A stretch of DNA of 64,000 nucleotides from Phyllobates terribilis (Eukaryota): NCBI RefSeq assembly GCF_046119375.1, contig NW_027362772.1, forward strand, positions 303,242,001 to 303,306,000, written 5' to 3'. Positions 27,337 to 37,836 of this stretch are shown piece after piece. The notes beneath the pieces are model-generated. The model saw only the letters and a program-made list of their open reading frames with translations, was not told the DNA's origin and did no database searches. The position numbers were made by a program, and so were the translations under genes. The number at the start of each line of letters is the position of its first letter. Within the stretch, counting starts at the first letter, position 1.

Positions 27337-27965
27337 TGTCACACTGTCACAGAATACTGGAGGTAGGGGGCCTAAGCTGACCCTAAGCTGGGGCCCTGAC
27401 TAATCCCTCAACCTGGAGGTACTGTTAAAGGTACAGAGGTCCAGGCCGCCAGCGTAACCCCTACCTCCTGAGGATCCCTGCACCTCAGTAATCTAGTCCT
27501 GAGAAGGACCCCGATCACAACAATTGGGAACCAGAAATAATATGCCCACACACAGTATTTAGACGAACGAGACAGTACAAGGGAAAAACCAAAACCACCT
27601 TGCATACAACTTCTACACAACTACAACAGAGGGAACACCAACGGGAAAGGAGATAAATGATAAAGCGAGGAAAGGGAAAAAACACTTCCAAATACACTTA
27701 TCTCAGCAACTCCAAACACCACGATCCGCTCTGTAAGTCTGAATGAAAAGCTTTCACCGACACCTCCCAAACAGACCTGCAGGAATATGAAGGAGTCTCA
27801 CTAAAGAAGCATTGATTGCAGCTGGGCGAGGCTGGACCTCAGCTAGCCCAGAGAGAGAGAGAATTAACTCCTTCACTGCCGAAAAAACACAAAGCACCAA
27901 CAAGTCAGCTGCGAGAAGTCAGGCTGTGTACTCGTGACGATCTTCGTGGCAACACACCCGTGACA
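27337..27965. mobile_element. Solo LTR, 629 bp, unrelated to A, B or C
   Basis: TGTCAC...GTGACA termini and a perfect 5-bp TSD GTTAG (27332-27336 and 27966-27970). Confidence 0.85.
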
Positions 27966-28364
27966 GTTAGCCTCTTTGCTATAACGCCAAAAATATTTCT
28001 TCCAGAAATATCGGATCGATGCAAACCCCAATATTTCATCACTGAGTATTGGCTCCAAAGTGTCTCAGACAAGACCTTTGAACAGAGGAAGCTCTTGCCT
28101 TGAAAGTATACTTCTCCACCTCTGAGTAAACGAATCCTTGGCTTAGTGTCTGGTTCTCAGAGCAGTTCTTTTGTTGTAATTACCTGGTCACTGAAGGATG
28201 TCTTTACTTCAATTGAGGTTAAAGTGTCAGCTATCTCTTACTTCCCCAATTATAATTAGTTCCTCACTTTCCCAGTTATAATTAATCTCATACCTTCAAA
28301 TGTGAGGGTGATATGTCCTCTCTCTGGAAATGTCTTTATGGATTTTTTTATTTTTCTCTATGAC

Positions 28365-29340
28365 ATGGGGTGTTCCCGGTATACGGCAGGTCTTGTGGGG
28401 TGTTCCTGGTATACGGTAGGTCTTATGCGGTGTTCCCGGAATACAGCAGGTCTTGTGGGGTTTTCCTGATATACGGCGGGTCTTGTGGGGTGTTCCTGAT
28501 ATACGACGGGTCTTGTGGGAGGTTCCTGATATACGGCGGGTCTTGTGGGGTGTTCCCGGTATATGGCAGGTCCAGTTTTTGGCGGGTCTTGGGGCGTGTT
28601 TCTGGTATACGGTGGGTCTTGTGGGGTGTTCTTGGTATTCGGCGAGTCTTGTGGGGTATTCTTGGTATACTGCAGGCCTAGTGGGGTATTCTTGGTATAC
28701 GGTGGGTCTTCTGGGGTATTATTGGTATATGGTGGGTCTTGTGGGGTATTCGGCGGATCTTGTGGTATATTCTTGGTATACGGCAGGCCTAGTGGGGTAC
28801 TCTTGATATATGATGGGTCTTGTGGGGTATTCTTGGTATACGGTGGGTCTTGTTGGGTATTCTTGGTATACGGCAGGCCTAGTGGGATACTCTTGATATA
28901 TGATGGGTCTTGTGGGGTATTCTTGGTATACGTTTGGTTTTGTGGGGTATTCTTGCTATACAGTGGGTCTTGTGGGGTATTCTTGGTATACGGTGGGTCT
29001 TGTGGGGTAATCTTGGTATACGGTGGGTCTTGTGGGGTAATCTTGGTATACGGTGGGTCTTGTGGGGTATTCTTGGTATACGGTGGGTCTTCTTGGTATA
29101 CGGCGGGTCTTGTCGGGTATTCTTAGTATACGGCGGTTCTTGTGGGGTATTCTTGGTATACGGCGGGTCTTGTCGGGTATTCTTAGTATACGGCGGGTCT
29201 TGTCGGGTATTCTTGGTATACGGCGGGTCTTGTCGGGTATTCTTGGTATACGGCGGGTCTTGTGGGGTGTTCCCAGTATATGGGAGGGGTGTTTCTGGTA
29301 TACAGCAGGTTTTATGAGGTGTTCTTGGTATACAGTAGTT
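28365..29340 (-). repeat. 30-bp minisatellite (same family), T-rich derived variant
   Basis: About 32 units drifting from TTCCCGGTATACGGCAGGTCTTGTGGGGTG to TTCTTGGTATACGGTGGGTCTTGTGGGGTA. Confidence 0.92.
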
Positions 29341-29949
29341 AGTATCTACCAAAAATGGTCCAAGGAGGACTCATTAACGTGTTTGGGGAGAGGAGGCGCC
29401 ATCTTTTCTGATCCTCAAAAAGATTGTAGCCAAAAATTAGTGACGAATGTGCCGCTGGCTGTGATAGGACGGTGTGAGACCGTGCGGAGCGTCACATACA
29501 CATTTCCAAATCTCGATCTGATCGATTTCGGGATCAGCTGGAAAACCCAGTCTGGAGGCCGCAGCGGGCAGTGCACAGGACTCGGAGGGTCTGCTGTGAC
29601 GACTTGGCGTCGGACCCCGCAGCAGCGGGATTACGGCCGGGCTGGACACATCCAGAAGTTGTGACGACATTGATTCGATTTTACACCATTTGCAGATCAG
29701 TGACATCACCGTCCGGTGATTTCCATCTTTCCGCAGCGTCTCCTGCTTGGTGTAATGTCAGTGCTGAGGAGAATATACTGTACTGTATATAGACACACCT
29801 ATAGATATACATATACCACATGACTGCTCCGCACTCGCCTCTGGTTACCCGGTGTGGAACCGTTGTGACCTGTACAGTCCGAACTGCTGTCTGTCAGGCA
29901 GCTCCTGTACACAGTGTTATATAGTTAGAGCCCTGTGACGCCTTGCACA

Positions 29950-30410
29950 TATGAGCCAATCACATCACTCCTTTCATATTATAACCCACTAGCAGCAAAT
30001 AAAGCTGGATTCTGATTGGCTGATAGGAGTACATGTGATACTCTTATCACCATGGTAGCGGCTGAGGGCGGTCCCCTGTACCCGGCCGTCGGCTCCTCCC
30101 TGCGCTCCGCCCTCCGCTCCCCTCCTCCACTGTCGCCGGTGACTCCCAGGCTGTGGCGGAGAGAAGCCGCCGGACACCGCCGCTCACAGGCCGGAGCCTG
30201 CCACCGAGAGCGGCTGAGGAGGAGCCACGCAGCCGGCCGGACGGAAGAGCCGCTCCGGAAACGGTGAGTGACTGCGGCCGAGGACCCGGCCTGTACCCGG
30301 CTCGTCTGCTCCATTGTCTGTGCACATCCGGAAGAGAAGAGTGTGGCCGACAGGGAGAGAGCGAGGCCGGCCGGTAATGCTCCGTGGACCGAGGGCACAC
30401 TGCGCATGTG
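29950..30410 (+). promoter_or_regulatory. CTNNBIP1: CpG-island promoter and non-coding exon 1 of CTNNBIP1 (donor ACG|GTGAGT at 30263/30264)
   Basis: CCAAT at 29956-29960, ATTGG at 30015-30019, GC boxes, dense CpG and a consensus donor. It is the clearest CpG-island-like promoter seen between LZIC and the ICAT coding exons. Confidence 0.7.
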
Positions 30411-30414
30411 TGAG

Positions 30415-32505
30415 ATATACTGTGTGTGTACAATGTATATTGTGTGTGTACAATGTATATAGTGTGTGTACAATGTATATAGTGTGTGTGTGTACAATGT
30501 ATATAGTGTGTGTGTGTACAATGTATATAGTGTGTGTGTGTGTACAATGTATATAGTGTGTGTGTGTACAATGTATATAGTGTGTGTGTGTGTACAATGT
30601 ATATAGTGTGTGTGTGTACAATGTATATAGTGTGTGTGTGTACAATGTATATAGTGTGTGTGTGTACAATGTATATAGTGTGTGTGTGTGTACAATGTAT
30701 ATAGTGTGTGTGTGTACAATGTATATAGTGTGTGTGTGTACAATGTATATAGTGTGTGTGTGTACAATGTATATAGTGTGTGTGTGTGTACAATGTATAT
30801 AGTGTGTGTGTGTACAATGTATATAGTGTGTGTGTGTGTGTACAATGTATATAGTGTGTGTGTGTGTGTACAATGTATATAGTGTGTGTGTGTGTGTACA
30901 ATGTATATAGTGTGTGTGTACAATGTATATAGTGTGTGTGTACAATGTATATAGTGTGTGTGTGTGTACAATGTATATAGTGTGTGTGTGTGTACAATGT
31001 ATATAGTGTGTGTGTGTGTACAATGTATATAGTGTGTGTGTACAATGTATATAGTGTGTGTGTACAATGTATATAGTGTGTGTGTACAATGTATATAGTG
31101 TGTGTGTACAATGTATATAGTGTGTGTGTGTACAATGTATATAGTGTGTGTGTGTGTACAATGTATATAGTGTGTGTGTGTACAATGTATATAGTGTGTG
31201 TGTGTGCGCGTACAATGTATATAGTGTGTGTGTGTGCGCGTACAATGTATATAGTGTGTGTGCGCGTACAATGTATATAGTGTGTGTGCGCGTACAATGT
31301 ATATAGTGTGTGTGCGCGTACAATGTATATAGTGTGTGTGCGCGTACAATGTATATAGTGTGTGTGCGCGTACAATGTATATAGTGTGTGTGTGTGTGCG
31401 CGTACAATGTATATAGTGTGTGTGTGTGTGCGCGTACAATGTATATAGTGTGTGTGTGCGCGTACAATGTATATAGTGTGTGTGTGCGCGTACAATGTAT
31501 ATAGTGNNNNNNNNNNNNNNNNNNNNNNNNNNNNNNNNNNNNNNNNNNNNNNNNNNNNNNNNNNNNNNNNNNNNNNNNNNNNNNNNNNNNNNNNNNNNNN
31601 NNNNNNNNNNNNNNNNNNNNNNNNNNNNNNNNNNNNNNNNNNNNNNNNNNNNNNNNNNNNNNNNNNNNNNNNNNNNNNNNNNNNNNNNNNNNNNNNNNNN
31701 NNNNNNNNNNNNNNNNNNNNNNNNNNNNNNNNNNNNNNNNNNNNNNTGCGTGTGCAATGTATATAGTGTGTGTGTGTGTGTGCGTACAATGTATATAGTG
31801 TGTGTGTGCGCGTACAATGTATATAGTGTGTGTGCGCGTACAATGTATATAGTGTGTGTGTGTGCGCGCGTACAATGTATATAGTGTGTGTGTGTGTGTG
31901 CGCGTACAATGTATATAGTGNNNNNNNNNNNNNNNNNNNNNNNNNNNNNNNNNNNNNNNNNNNNNNNNNNNNNNNNNNNNNNNNNNNNNNNNNNNNNNNN
32001 NNNNNNNNNNNNNNNNNNNNNNNNNNNNNNNNNNNNNNNNNNNNNNNNNNNNNNNNNNNNNNNNNNNNNNNNNNNNNNNNTGTGTGCGCGCGTACAATGT
32101 ATATAGTGTGTGTGTGCGCGCGTACAATGTATATAGTGTGTGTGTGCGCGCGTACAATGTATATAGTGTGTGTGTGTGTGTGTGCGCGTACAATGTATAT
32201 AGTGTGTGTGTGTGTGCGCGTACAATGTATATAGTGTGTGTGTGTGCTCGCGTACAATGTATATAGAGTGTGTGTGTGTGTACAATGTATATAGTGTGTG
32301 TGTGTGTACAATGTATATAGTGTGTGTGTGTGTACAATGTATATAGTGTGTGTGTGTGTACAATGTATATAGTGTGTGTGTACAATGTATATAGTGTGTG
32401 TGTGTACAATGTATATAGTGTGTGTGTGTACAATGTATATAGTGTGTGTGTGTGCGCAATGTATATAGTGTGTGTGTGTGCGTACAATGCATGTATAGTG
32501 TGCTT
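30415..32505 (+). repeat. Compound repeat [(TG)n(CG)0-3 TACAATGTATATAG]n containing two assembly gaps
   Basis: Dozens of units; N runs at 31507-31746 and 31921-32080. Confidence 0.97.
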
Positions 32506-33598
32506 GTCGTGACCAGTGGGTACCGTATATTACATGTATTGTCCAGCGTACATATATGTAATGCTCTTATCCGCACAGCTCACTGATGTATGAATGTATC
32601 ATCCAGTGTACATGTGTGTACATATCTGTGATTATATGTGACAAATGTTTCCAAATATGTTGGACTTTCTGTTGCAGCTTATCTGCACCTTGGCTGTTGT
32701 TTTTTTTACTTTTCATTAAAATCAGAGCTCTACGTTCAATATTCTACAATGTTCGGACCACAGCAAGTTGCACAAATGTTTTTGTCGTAGAGAATTGCTG
32801 TTGCGCGATATGTAGCCCCGGCCTTAGAGACACGGGCCCCGGTGTCTGAAGATGATCTTTGAGATTAGGCCAGGTCTGCAGGCCAAGAATCGCAGTATTG
32901 AGATACATCACAACGTAGTGGCACGTGCAGGTTCCCACGGCTGGGCCGTGTCACCAGGGATCCCGCAGGTTTGGTTTACTGCTTCTCTGTGTTTTTCAAA
33001 GTAACCAAACGTTCTTTCACTATGTTGCAATGCTGCAGTCTTTGGCTGGGCGGCTTATTTTGAAATATACACAAATGCCTGTCTGTATTTTGGCTGCATT
33101 TTGGACTTCGAACACCATAAACCCCTATAATGATCCAAGTCCGACACAGGAGATCCGTCCGGGGGCTGCAGTCGTCTGAAAGTGGCAATACTAAGGAATC
33201 CCTGGAAACATGATCTGCTGGGGAACACTGCTCTAGAGGCAAAGGGGCATTATAAAACTGGAGAGCTGGCAGTTTTTTGCACTTTTGTTTTTTTCCTCAA
33301 CTTCTTCCAAAGGATTTAACATCATATTTTCCCGTCCCCGTTTGATGACTTTTTTTTGCAGGACAAGCTGCCGTTTTGATTGACACAACTCATTTTAACA
33401 TGCACCTTACTTTTAAATTTTCTTTCCCATTTTCAAGTAAGGTGAAATTGAAGATTAAAAAAAAAACAACAAAAAAAACTGGAAATTCCCTTTTTTTAAT
33501 ATATAGATAGATATAGCATGCAAAAATGGAACAGCACCAACCATATGTTCAAAATTTTGGGTGCAAGGCCACCAAACAAATATCGATTTGTACAAGTA

Positions 33599-33738
33599 TA
33601 TGTTCCGAAAAAGGTAGGCTGCGCTCCAGAGTTTTTCAGTTGAAACAATGGACTTTATTAGCTCGGGTCGGCCTAATAAAGTCCATTTTTTTTTCAACTG
33701 AAAAACTCTGGAGCGCAGCCTACCTTTTTCGGAACATG
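33599..33738. mobile_element. 140-bp foldback MITE with TA TSD (Tc1/mariner-type)
   Basis: Arms of about 60 bp (ATGTTCCGAAAAAGGTAGGCTGCGCTCCAGAGTTTTTCAGTTGAAA...) are almost perfectly complementary around an 11-nt loop; TA at 33597-33598 and 33739-33740. Confidence 0.85.
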
Positions 33739-34874
33739 TAGATAGATATATTATAATATAAATATAATGTATAGCTTGTTTTGCCTTATTCCGAGACCTG
33801 TAACATTTTTATTTTTTCGTCGATGGATAGGTGTGAGTTACCAGTTTTATAGATACCATTTTGGGGCTCATACAATATGTTTTTATTGCTTCTTTTAGCA
33901 CTTCTTGGTTGCCATGATAAAAAAAATTCAGTTTTTTTTTTTTTTTTTCTCCTGTTGGAGTGATATTAATTTCATATAGATCATAATTTTATGGATGCAA
34001 TGACTTTTATTGTTTTAAATTTATTTTTGTGCAAAAGGAAGAGGATTCATTTTTTTTTTTTTTTTTTAGTCCTTACAGGGACATGAACCTGTGATTGTCT
34101 GATCGCTTCTTCCTATATACTGCAGTATCCTAGTATAACTGTATATGGAGAAAATCACTGTCTCCTATGAAGTCTAGCTTCAGGAGCACCTTCATGGCAG
34201 GTGGACGCCTTCAGTAGACCCTCAGCTACTATGGAGCTGCCCACTGGACCATGCTCCTTAAATGCCGCTGTCAGATATTGCAGCATTTAAGGGGTTAATA
34301 ATACTCGTCAGCGCTCCGCTCTGCTCACTGCTGATAGAAGCAGATGCCAACTTTATAATACAGCCCGCAACTGTTGGTTATGATGCACGCTCAGCTCCTG
34401 AGCATGCGTCATACATGGAGACCATCCAATGTCAAGACAGGGTTAACGAGCGTGATGACGCTTCTGCACACACCTGTCGATTGTGTACGCGCCCTATCAG
34501 CCTAGGACTTATGCACGATGCGACGTGTTCTGACAGGTATGCACCGTCATCCACACCGCTCGCCTCCCCATGTGGAAGTGACTGCACCAAACGCACATTT
34601 GATTGTGTTCTACATTTTTCATAAGTAAAAAAATTTAGGACACGCTGGCCACTTTTAGCAGCGCCCTTCATTTCGCCAGTATTCACACAGCCCATCTGAT
34701 GGCACCCTGCACTGTGAATGCCACCTAATGTATCAGTGCCCACATCAGGTAGGACAATCATTGGCACCGGCCAGTGTTTTACCAACAGCAGAAGTAGTTG
34801 GGTATTAGAGCTGCTGGCGCTGAGCGAGGGTCTCCGGGTGCACGGGACATTATAATCGTTCTCTTCCCGCACAG

Positions 34875-34968
34875 TCCTGAGGTGCGGAGCCGCTCCCCTT
34901 GGCGTGCGCTCCCCCTGGCAGCAGACTGGCACACTGTCATCAGCACCGTCACTGTCGTACAGACAGCT
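34875..34968 (+). other. Candidate 5'-UTR exon of CTNNBIP1
   Basis: Pyrimidine tract ending CGCACAG at 34874; donor GCT|GTAAGA; GC-rich; no ATG. Confidence 0.35.
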
Positions 34969-36825
34969 GTAAGACGCCTTTCACCAGGGCGGAGGATACA
35001 GCTCCGCAGCTGCCTGTAACATGAGGTTGGAGGTCTTCATTTCCAGTAGGAAGCGATGGGTCGCTTACATCTAGAGAATGGGCTCAGTTAGTGATGCTCC
35101 TCGCGGCCACTTGCCCTGCGACATGAGCGACGTGCCTCTCTAGGGATCTTCCCATTAGGCCCAGCTAATGCCCGGGCAGCAGTGCCAGGCCATGTGTTGT
35201 GCCCATGAACTTGTAGACTATTCTAGGGCCTTCAGGCTCGTCTATTGTGTAATAGTTCATACTTATTATCATAATTGGACCTTGTCTTTTATTGCTCGGC
35301 GTCCTGCTGCGCAATTATTTTCTGGCAAAGAGGATTAAGTGTTTCCAGCACAGGTGTGAACACGGCCTCGGGCTTTGTTCTAGTCATGATGTCGTATGTG
35401 ACTCAACTGGTGACAGCAGTGTGAACAGAGCCTCAGCGTGATGTAGGAAGCGTAGGGGCTCTTCCTATTTATGTCGACAGGCCCATCTTTGCGTTATTAC
35501 TTGGGCCTCCATAGTTTTCCAAAGCTAAGCATCATGGCAGACGATGGCTGACACACCCCCCCCCCCCCTGCTCTGTCACCAAGTGAATGCAACTTAAAGG
35601 AGTAGTTCTTAAATGGATAAAATTTGGCAAGAGATTGGAAAAACAAGCAACTTTCGTATTTTACCTCTTATTAAAATTTTTCTGTTATCAATAACAGAGG
35701 GATATTTAATTTGCTAGTGTACAGCTGATTAGTGGCCACCTCTGCAGTCTGAGTGCCGGAGCATGAGCTGAGTCTGCTTTACAGCCTGCCGTGAAGCTCA
35801 CCGGACCCAGCCATCTTCAGTCCCCTTGTTCTTCTGCTAGCAGCACAGGAAAGCAATTGGGACAGATCAGCGCTGCAACTGCTCCGAAGTGTCAATCTTC
35901 AGGAGCGCACTGGCAACCAGGAAGCCGAGAGGGAAGGTAGCGGTGCGCTCCTGAAGGCAAGTGCACCACTTTTTAAGGGTCCCCAATACACATTAATATT
36001 GGCCAAAACCAATGCAATTGGCCAGCTATCTACTGTGTATGAGGGTCCTCATGACTCTCCCCCCAGCAGATGATCGTGATGATGAGAGATAGAAACTGCA
36101 CTGACTATTGTAGGGACTTTGTAATGTCTTTATTGTCAGTATATGTCCCCGCTTAATTGTAACGTGCTATAGAAATGACATTTATTACAATATTTGTACA
36201 TTTATAATAGGATGTGTGTCTGGTGCGGTCGTGCAAGCCAAGATTCGTATGAATAACCTTTCATCGCTCCATCGTCATCTCCTCTGTATGGCGTCAGCTT
36301 AAACAATGAAGGGTCCTATTCAATGACTGCACGCAGAGAAATGGAAACCTTAGGACTGGACTCTTTTGCTGACACATTAATTCTCCTTTAATACACTCCT
36401 CTTAATGACGCGACCTGGTGAATGTGATCTGCGGCCGGAGGATTCTTAGTGATGGCTGCCGGACAGCTGCTATCAGAACTGTAATCCAAGAAGCCATATG
36501 AGAAATGTGACCATAAGAGCTGAATGTATGGACGTCTCCAGTCTGGGGGACCTCCTTCCCCAGCAGTAACCTCGTGTGTGAAGGTCGTTGGTTTTGTGCC
36601 GCCATATAACATTAGGGGATCGCCCCCCGCTCCACTGCTGCCGATATCTGCCTGTCCTATATGTGACACAGTGCTGCATATACCGTTTAACCCTCGCTGG
36701 AAATTGCATTTTTTGCCTTGTATGTTATGGCGATTTTGCTCCTTCTATGGGTAGTACTAATGTCTCTGGGGGAAAATTGAGGATTTTAATCCTGTGGTTT
36801 GCTAAAATGTTTTATTTTTTTGCAG

Positions 36826-36879
36826 GGTCCCCTCCATACCATCCTACTGGCTGCACCTAGAAGACCCTTCAGGAAAGAG
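36826..36879 (+). other. Candidate 5'-UTR exon of CTNNBIP1
   Basis: Strong acceptor (T)nGCAG at 36825; donor AAGAG|GTATGT; no ATG. Human CTNNBIP1 has several non-coding exons. Confidence 0.55.
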
Positions 36880-37740
36880 GTATGTCTGCACGATTACACC
36901 GGAGCTCATAGGTACACTAAAGGGAACCTGTAACCTCTAAAAAATGCTATTTACCTGCAGATATAGGGTTAATCCGCAGGTAAATTGTGTTACACTAACA
37001 CCCGGCCACCATGCTGAAAATGCGGCTACTGGGAGAAAATAATCTTCCATCCTCTTGGGAGCTGCCGGCCGGGTCACAGAGGCGAGGCCGGAGGGGCGAC
37101 AGTCACCGCTCGCTATACTGAGAGCAACGGCATTCTGCATAAGGCCACGTTCCCATGATGAGCTTTTTGGGGAGTTTTTAATGTTGCAGATTTTTTTTCT
37201 GCACCCATCATGTAGGATTGTTTTTTTGCATTTTTTTTTAAAAAACACGCAGCGTGAAAAACTCATCGTGAGAACGTAGCCTAAATCTGATATTTTTGTA
37301 ATCGCACTGATCTCAATCAGGTTATCCGGGTCATTTTTACTACAAAGTGAATCCCGTAAACACAAAACTAAAAAGAAGAAAAGCATTGTTCTGGTTTATT
37401 TAAAAAAAATAAAACAAGTTATGTCTCTTGGAAGAAATGGGGGAAAAAAAAACAAAAGCACAAAAAAGAAGTGTCTGCACCCATGGAGGTGGGGGGAATA
37501 AGGACGAACCTGCAGACCAGACAGCGGCGCTGTAGGGCGTCCGGCTGCTCCCTCTGGGTTTGCGGTCAGCGGCCTTTGCTGCATATTAGTATTACACATG
37601 AGAGCACTGCCATCTTGTGGTGATAAGTGGCAGTGCGGCTGTGTCTGACTACAGTCGCTCTGTCCCACCATAATTACGTGTACAAGTATTATCATTTTCG
37701 TGATGTCTTCCTTCTTCTTACAGGGAGCAGGGCAGGGGGT

Positions 37741-37836
37741 ATGAACCGTGAGGGGGCCCCCGGGAAGAGTCCGGATGAGATGTATGTTCAGCAGAAGGTG
37801 CGGGTCTTACTCATGCTGCGGAAGATGGGCTCCAAC
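37741..37836 (+). CDS. CTNNBIP1: CTNNBIP1 coding exon 1 (exon starts at 37724)
   Basis: cttacag|...ATG AAC CGT ... TCC AAC|gtgagt. Confidence 0.96.

Noticed and set aside
31507-32080. N runs of 240 and 160 nt
   Set aside because: Assembly gaps inside the repeat, not biological features.
29979-32576. Very long His/Thr/Tyr-rich ORFs (754-865 aa) on the minus strand
   Set aside because: They are translations of the (TG)n-TACAATGTATATAG repeat and run through N gaps; the repeat simply lacks stops in those frames.
33240-34310. T-rich dispersed-repeat-like sequence ending TAAGGGGTTAA (similar patches at ~39000-39500 and 43020-43200)
   Set aside because: Probably fragments of a non-autonomous DNA transposon, but paired termini and TSDs could not be defined.
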